Under the pieces are notes generated by a model that made no database searches, had not been told where the DNA came from, and saw only the letters and a list, made by a program, of their open reading frames with translations. Below are positions 62,201 through 63,926 of a DNA stretch of 63,926 nucleotides, piece by piece. Positions within the stretch are counted from its first letter, which is position 1, and each line of letters opens with the position of its first letter. Source of the stretch: Chara braunii (Eukaryota > Plantae > Charophyceae). The position numbers and the translations under genes are program-made. The stretch is taken from the NCBI GenBank assembly GCA_003427395.1, contig BFEA01000041.1:4615320-4679245 (forward strand). Reading direction: 5' to 3'.

Positions 62201-62624
62201 AGTACGGAAGAAAAAAGGGGAAAAAGCTTGGGTAGTTTGTGTTAGCGATCGATATCCCCTCACTTGTCCTTTTCGGGCATGCTCTTGTTAAGCCGAATGT
62301 CCAGAGTGCAGAATTGATTGCGCAAACTCTCTCGTTCTTCTTGGTAGAGCCTTTCATAATTAACTTCAAATTGGTACTATGTTCAGAAGAAGACGAAATG
62401 GGCCCGATGCAGCGTCTGCTGGTGAAGGGTTCAATCCCTCTCCTCTGCTGCGGTATGTATCGTGTACGATGGATGTAACCTTGACATGGTCCTCGATGCT
62501 TTTGGTCTACCGTGCAGGTTTGCTTCGCAACTTGTTTTGACCGGAACACTTTCTCAGATTTGCAAGCCTTGAAGGACCGGGCAGTTAGGGTTGCCCCGAA
62601 ATCGTCTGCGGATCTTGAATACAG
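13248..62624 (+). CDS. GWD1: Alpha-glucan water dikinase (GWD1/R1/SEX1 family), multi-exon gene, partial: 5' exon not located, one block probably in the gap, 3' end outside the window
   Basis: 23 GT-AG exons with compatible phases translate to colinear GWD motifs: LHWG (CBM45 x2), [117 protein letters not shown]. Confidence 0.97.
13462..13545 (-). pseudogene. U6: 3'-truncated U6 retrocopy with 17-bp TSD
   Basis: The first ~70 nt of U6 plus a purine tail, flanked by aactcgcaagaattgtt at 13445-13461 and 13546-13562. Confidence 0.9.
15214..15332 (+). CDS. GWD1: GWD exon, CBM45-1 ([39 protein letters not shown])
   Basis: ccag|...|gtaagt; LHWG motif; ends in phase 2, matching the next exon. Confidence 0.9.
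15810..15894 (+). CDS. GWD1: GWD exon ([28 protein letters not shown])
   Basis: tgcag|...|gtaaga; WVLP..P.GT.NYK.RALQTPF motif of CBM45. Confidence 0.93.
16803..16897 (+). CDS. GWD1: GWD exon ([32 protein letters not shown])
   Basis: tgtag|...|gtacgt; IEFL..D...N.W motif. Confidence 0.92.
18096..18246 (+). CDS. GWD1: GWD exon ([13 protein letters not shown]...[28 protein letters not shown])
   Basis: tgcag|...|gtaggt; conserved QAYLRWE motif. Confidence 0.95.
19250..19590. repeat. Minisatellite (cctactgtctacta core) plus a 69-bp tandem
   Basis: Visible repeated units. Confidence 0.8.
19961..20200 (+). CDS. GWD1: GWD exon ([13 protein letters not shown]...[28 protein letters not shown])
   Basis: gacag|...|gtgctc, 240 nt, phase 0-0; second copy of the LRWE repeat. 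Confidence 0.93.
20437..20630 (-). mobile_element. Family B retroposon copy
   Basis: T-run followed by ggtccttatggccctggctc...ctggggagcatcagtccggtcctattcccctggcaagtc. Confidence 0.7.
20634..20730 (+). mobile_element. Hammerhead-element 3' fragment
   Basis: ctccgac-agtttgtcacagcccctcg...cagttctgtttgacgatatata. Confidence 0.8.
20882..21165. repeat. Minisatellite (tagctattggcgaactactggctttagtacagcctattct)
   Basis: Degenerate tandem units next to a short gap. Confidence 0.8.
22144..22918. mobile_element. Non-autonomous TIR element, hAT-like (CAGGGTTGCC...GGCAACTCTG) with ccgaac subterminal repeats
   Basis: 10-bp imperfect TIRs, arrays of ccgaac/gttcgg at both ends, AT-rich interior. A second left end lies at 20779-20873. 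Confidence 0.75.
22930..23306 (+). mobile_element. Hammerhead element with upstream extension and three tandem copies of the 3' body
   Basis: Starts at a (TA)n tract, contains the complete ribozyme, then repeats of the tgtcctcttctccctctctgcctacggtttaccgggcag motif ending in gacgatatata. Confidence 0.82.
23007..23088 (+). ncRNA. Type III hammerhead ribozyme (complete) in a dispersed repeat
   Basis: Stem III GACUGU 23021-26 pairs with ACAGUU 23069-74; GUU cleavage triplet ends at 23027; stem I GAGG/CCUC with loop GUUCAG; core CUGAUGA 23042-48; stem II GUCGG/CCGAC; GAAA 23066-69; outer pairing GAGGGG/CCCCUC. Confidence 0.88.
23359..23433 (+). pseudogene. U6: Degenerate U6 copy with internal deletion
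   Basis: gggacatc..taaaattggaatgatacag-gtatggcccctatgcaaggatggcaagcataaatcgagaaatggt. Confidence 0.8.
25196..25591 (+). CDS. GWD1: GWD exon ([11 protein letters not shown]...[16 protein letters not shown]...GSKLL)
   Basis: ggcag|...|gtatgt, 396 nt in frame; EY.EARR.L and RIQRK motifs. Confidence 0.92.
25966..26415. repeat. Tandem duplication of about 245 bp
   Basis: gggactgaaaaa.cgtacctgggaagtgct...ttgttatctttgag occurs twice. Confidence 0.85.
27358..27468 (+). CDS. GWD1: GWD exon, CBM45-2 ([37 protein letters not shown])
   Basis: accag|...|gtgaga; LHWG motif. Confidence 0.93.
27483..27587 (+). mobile_element. Family B retroposon 3' fragment with 17-bp TSD overlapping a GWD donor site
   Basis: TSD aaggtgagatattggtg at 27466-27482 and 27588-27604, A-rich tail, body is the reverse complement of the family B core. 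Confidence 0.82.
30345..30461 (+). mobile_element. Degenerate hammerhead 5' halves (two tandem copies)
   Basis: ggggactctgcagactGTAgagcgttcagccttCTGATGAG is homologous to 23009-23049; stem II and GAAA are missing. Confidence 0.65.
30711..30824 (+). mobile_element. Hammerhead-element partial tandem copy
   Basis: A body fragment followed by ctgacgagtcggtgaaactccgacgaaac (30751-30779) and another body. Confidence 0.8.
31345..31446 (+). CDS. GWD1: GWD exon ([34 protein letters not shown])
   Basis: tatag|...|gtttgt, 102 nt; PP...P.G.....CET.F pattern of CBM45. Confidence 0.88.
33040..33183 (+). CDS. GWD1: GWD exon (SVELVIPE...[27 protein letters not shown]...)
   Basis: aacag|...|gtgagg; G..FV...G..W.K....DF motif. 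Confidence 0.92.
34828..34884 (+). mobile_element. Hammerhead-element 3' end fragment
   Basis: cttctccctctctgcctacggtttaccgtgcagttctatttgacgatatatata. Confidence 0.72.
35425..35513 (+). CDS. GWD1: GWD exon ([30 protein letters not shown])
   Basis: tccag|...|gtatgt; DGKGT.K.LLD.IA..ES.A.RS.MHR motif. Confidence 0.95.
36202..36583 (-). mobile_element. Poly(A) retroposon (family B) with 14-bp TSD
   Basis: TSD cccgggcgtattgt at 36188-36201 and 36584-36597, a T-run tail, and a body shared with the copies at 20440, 27483, 34885 and 54912. Confidence 0.8.
37290..37424 (+). CDS. GWD1: GWD exon ([45 protein letters not shown])
   Basis: tgaag|...|gtgaga; highly conserved motif, phase 2-2. Confidence 0.96.
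40131..40356. mobile_element. MITE family A, complete copy
   Basis: ctag|gctaccag...ctggtagc|ctag with shared internal motifs ccacttgcccggccgggcc and gcaaaagttgttcagtttatttttctg. Confidence 0.8.
41930..42130. mobile_element. TTAA-flanked MITE (family C, TIR accaccagtacttggcccagctat)
   Basis: Perfect 24-bp TIRs flanked by ttaa at 41926-29 and 42131-34. Confidence 0.85.
42402..42564 (+). CDS. GWD1: GWD exon ([11 protein letters not shown]...[20 protein letters not shown])
   Basis: ttcag|...|gtatgc; highly conserved. Confidence 0.97.
43007..43150 (-). mobile_element. Rearranged hammerhead fragments around a (GT)n tract
   Basis: The - strand reads gtgaaagtccgacGAAAcagcaactgtc (43119-43146) and tgatgagtcggtgaaagtc (43007-43025). 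Confidence 0.65.
44745..44834 (+). CDS. GWD1: GWD exon ([30 protein letters not shown])
   Basis: tccag|...|gtatgg; signature motif. Confidence 0.97.
45506..45691 (+). CDS. GWD1: GWD exon ([40 protein letters not shown]...YMKTLK)
   Basis: tgcag|...|gtaagt; conserved. Confidence 0.96.
47614..47685 (+). CDS. GWD1: GWD exon ([24 protein letters not shown])
   Basis: tgcag|...|gtaagg; [12 protein letters not shown] motif. Confidence 0.93.
47857..47970 (+). mobile_element. Hammerhead element, 5'-truncated within stem I
   Basis: (TA)n-agcctcCTGATGAgtcggtgaaactctgacGAAAcagtttgtcacagcccctcg...gcagctctgtttgac. Confidence 0.85.
48243..48413 (-). pseudogene. rps7: NUMT: fragment of mitochondrial ribosomal protein S7
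   Basis: [38 protein letters not shown]...KKNISLDQ matches streptophyte mitochondrial Rps7. It is an AT-rich intronic fragment without its own ends. Confidence 0.85.
48695..49241 (-). pseudogene. U6: Split U6 retrocopy: 5' part at 49167-49241, 3' part duplicated at 48714-48742 and 48821-48849
   Basis: U6 motifs are in the correct order on the - strand, with an A-rich tail and imperfect TSD tgagtt..aaattt on both sides. Confidence 0.75.
49537..49988. repeat. Long inverted repeat (arms about 220 bp, 14-nt loop)
   Basis: 49537-49759 is a near-perfect reverse complement of 49774-49988. Confidence 0.95.
49990..50280 (+). mobile_element. Degenerate L1-type zf-RVT remnant
   Basis: Frameshifted translation ...[17 protein letters not shown] resembles the H.F..C..A..W part of zf-RVT. 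Confidence 0.45.
50474..50527 (+). CDS. GWD1: GWD exon ([18 protein letters not shown])
   Basis: tacag|...|gtgagt, 54 nt; matches the V.I.P..GLP pattern. Confidence 0.85.
51048..51093 (-). pseudogene. U6: U6 3'-half fragment
   Basis: tggaccatttctcgatttatcagcgtcatccttgcgcagaggccat. Confidence 0.78.
51483..51542 (+). CDS. GWD1: GWD exon ([20 protein letters not shown])
   Basis: tgcag|...|gtaaat, 60 nt; matches LL.FVL.H.E.K.V..LLE. Confidence 0.88.
52502..52540 (+). mobile_element. Degenerate hammerhead core fragment
   Basis: cctcctgatgagtcggtgaaaattccaatgaaacagtc; stem II is decayed. Confidence 0.6.
52761..52796. other. Nextera mate-pair junction adapter (assembly artefact)
   Basis: GTCTCTTATACACATCT-AGATGTGTATAAGAGACAG lies between two identical copies of about 110 bp (52651-52761 and 52797-52907). 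Confidence 0.97.
53133..53183 (-). pseudogene. trnG: Mitochondrial-type tRNA-Gly(GCC) 3' fragment
   Basis: The reverse complement atagccttGCCaaggctaaggtgagggttcaaatccctttttccgct matches the anticodon arm, T arm and acceptor of plant mitochondrial trnG(GCC); the 5' third is missing. Confidence 0.75.
53404..53461 (+). ncRNA. Type III hammerhead ribozyme (complete, divergent subfamily)
   Basis: Perfect 8-bp stem III CAGACUGU/ACAGUCUG; GUC triplet ends at 53412; imperfect stem I; core CUGACGA; stem II GUCGG/CCGAC with loop UUUUCGC; GAAA. Confidence 0.85.
53612..54096. repeat. Tandem repeat, three units of about 135-180 bp
   Basis: aaatttgcatatatgtttt...ggatgctctact.gtacggtttgac is repeated. Confidence 0.85.
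54622..54774 (+). CDS. GWD1: GWD exon ([51 protein letters not shown])
   Basis: ttcag|...|gtgagg; conserved. Confidence 0.96.
54912..55165 (-). mobile_element. Family B retroposon copy
   Basis: T-run, then gggccttatggtcctggctc...cctattccaccggcaagtc...gcattgattactc; candidate TSD agacattttttc at 54900-54911 and 55166-55177. Confidence 0.7.
55809..55892 (+). CDS. GWD1: GWD exon ([28 protein letters not shown])
   Basis: gacag|...|gtaata; conserved. Confidence 0.95.
56973..57168. mobile_element. MITE family A, right end lost
   Basis: ctag|gctgccagagtggcccgggaccacttgccc... with the same internal motifs. Confidence 0.7.
59522..59628 (+). CDS. GWD1: GWD exon ([35 protein letters not shown])
   Basis: ctcag|...|gtcagt; conserved. 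Confidence 0.95.
60496..60709 (+). CDS. GWD1: GWD exon, phosphohistidine domain (WQIISP...[32 protein letters not shown])
   Basis: gacag|...|gtaagt; contains the catalytic His motif [10 protein letters not shown]. Confidence 0.97.
60845..61442. repeat. Degenerate minisatellite (ctgtgcggtgtgaggttttcactggtggctaagttcaa)
   Basis: More than ten variable units of about 40-45 bp. Confidence 0.85.
61720..61915. mobile_element. MITE family C copy
   Basis: tcaa|gccaccagtac...gtgctggtggc|ttaa; interior motif ttttgg..gg.gct.ccagccattg shared with 41930-42130. Confidence 0.7.
62518..62624 (+). CDS. GWD1: GWD exon ([35 protein letters not shown])
   Basis: tgcag|...|gtatat; CFATC motif. Confidence 0.95.
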
Positions 62625-62852
62625 GTATATGCTTTCAAGTGGGACTCCTGTTTTCTCTCCGCTCGGCAGTCAGTTGCATCCCATTTTAAACTGTTCGTCT
62701 TTTTCTCCCTGCCCGGCAGTCAATGGCATCCCGTTTTAAACTGTTCGGCTGCTTTGCAAAAGTCCAGTGATAAAGGGACTTCAACAACAATGCCGATGCA
62801 CTGTCCTAATCCTGTCATTGAATAAGTTAATCACTGTTCTAGTCTTCTAGAT

Positions 62853-63188
62853 ATATGATACTCGTTTTGTTTGTGTTTTTTTTTTTGTTTATGTTGTTTT
62901 TCCCCCGACTCTGGAGGGCTTAAACCACCACTGCCTCCTAGCCTGCTTTTGCAAAGACGAGATTCTTGCCTGCACGTTAGGAGAAGATTGGACAAGTGAG
63001 GACTCCGTCCATAGTGATCATATATGATACCCGTTTTGTTTGTGTTTTTCTCTGCTTATGTTGTTTTTCCCCCGACTCTGGAGGGCTTAAAACCACCACT
63101 ACCTCCTAGCCTGCTTTTGCAAAGACGAGATTTTTGCCTGCACGTTAGGAGAAAATTGGACAAGTGAGGACTCCGTCCACAGTGATCA
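62853..63188. repeat. Tandem duplication of about 168 bp
   Basis: atatgatac.cgttttgttt...gactccgtcca.agtgatca occurs twice. Confidence 0.85.
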
Positions 63189-63830
63189 AGATTGGGAAAG
63201 AATGGAAACCCAGGGGCAAATCTTTGATTGTTGACCGAGATTGCCAAACGATCCACAGACCAAGATTGCCAAACGATCCACAATCTGGTACCAAATATTA
63301 AATTCAGAAATTCCAAAGTTGGCTTACGAAGGAAATGCATACGGATGGGGGTTTGGTCTTGTTTTTCACGGGCCCGAGCTGTTTTGACTGACTCCTTGGC
63401 AGAAAAGAGAGATCCCCATCAGCATCATCTCAACAGATTAGTCACTTTTGTGGGTCATCATGTTATGACCAAATCCTCTGACTCGTGAGGATTACACTCG
63501 ATGGACAGCCTTGAAAGGCTGGAAAGGATGGACTCGTGAGGATTGCAGTGGACGAACCGCCTTGAAAGGATGGGAACGACGGGAAGTCTGCAGACGAGTG
63601 AAAGATGTAAAGAATGAATGGCAGTTGTAGAGAGTCACAGACCAAGCATGGTTTGTGGAATCAAAGACTGTTGTGAATAGAATCGATAGATGGATTTGTT
63701 TATGTGTTACTATTCAGTCACTAATACTCACTATGGATTTGTTTATGTTTAACGATTCCGACACTATGCATAGTGTCTTAGGATTTCAGTTTTTTTCTTT
63801 GAAAAAAAAGAAACGAAAAAAAAAGAAAAG

Positions 63831-63926
63831 GGCCATTTTGCGATTTATGCGTGTCATCCTTTAGGAGGGGCCATGCTAATATTCTTTCTCTGTATCGTTC
63901 CAATTTTAACGGATGTGCGGAAGGAC
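63831..63926 (-). pseudogene. U6: Degenerate near-full-length U6 copy at the window end
   Basis: ccattttgcgatttatgcgtgtcatcct...ggggccatgctaat...ttctctgtatcgttccaattttaacggatgt...aaggac. Confidence 0.82.

Overview
Eukaryotic nuclear DNA with large, repeat-filled introns. The gene type, GC level and mitochondrial-derived fragments point to a non-seed streptophyte, possibly a charophyte alga; this is an inference. The window is dominated by one + strand alpha-glucan water dikinase gene (GWD1/R1/SEX1 family). I could read 23 GT-AG exons with compatible phases from 13248 to 62624, about 1000 codons. The transit-peptide exon was not located, one internal block probably lies in the N-gap at 57368-58300, and the ATP-binding C-terminus lies beyond the window. 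The introns and upstream region carry four main things. (1) A dispersed family of about 11 short elements bearing a type III hammerhead ribozyme; two copies are structurally complete, many copies abut (TA)n tracts, one locus is inverted, and there are hints of a Penelope-like parent. This is the most interesting signal. (2) Six U6 snRNA retrocopies, some with target-site duplications (TSDs). (3) L1-type remnants and a poly(A) retroposon family, one copy of which duplicated a GWD splice donor. (4) Several MITE families, a 450-bp foldback, mitochondrial rps7 and trnG(GCC) fragments, and tandem repeats. A Nextera mate-pair junction adapter at 52761-52796 is an assembly artefact.
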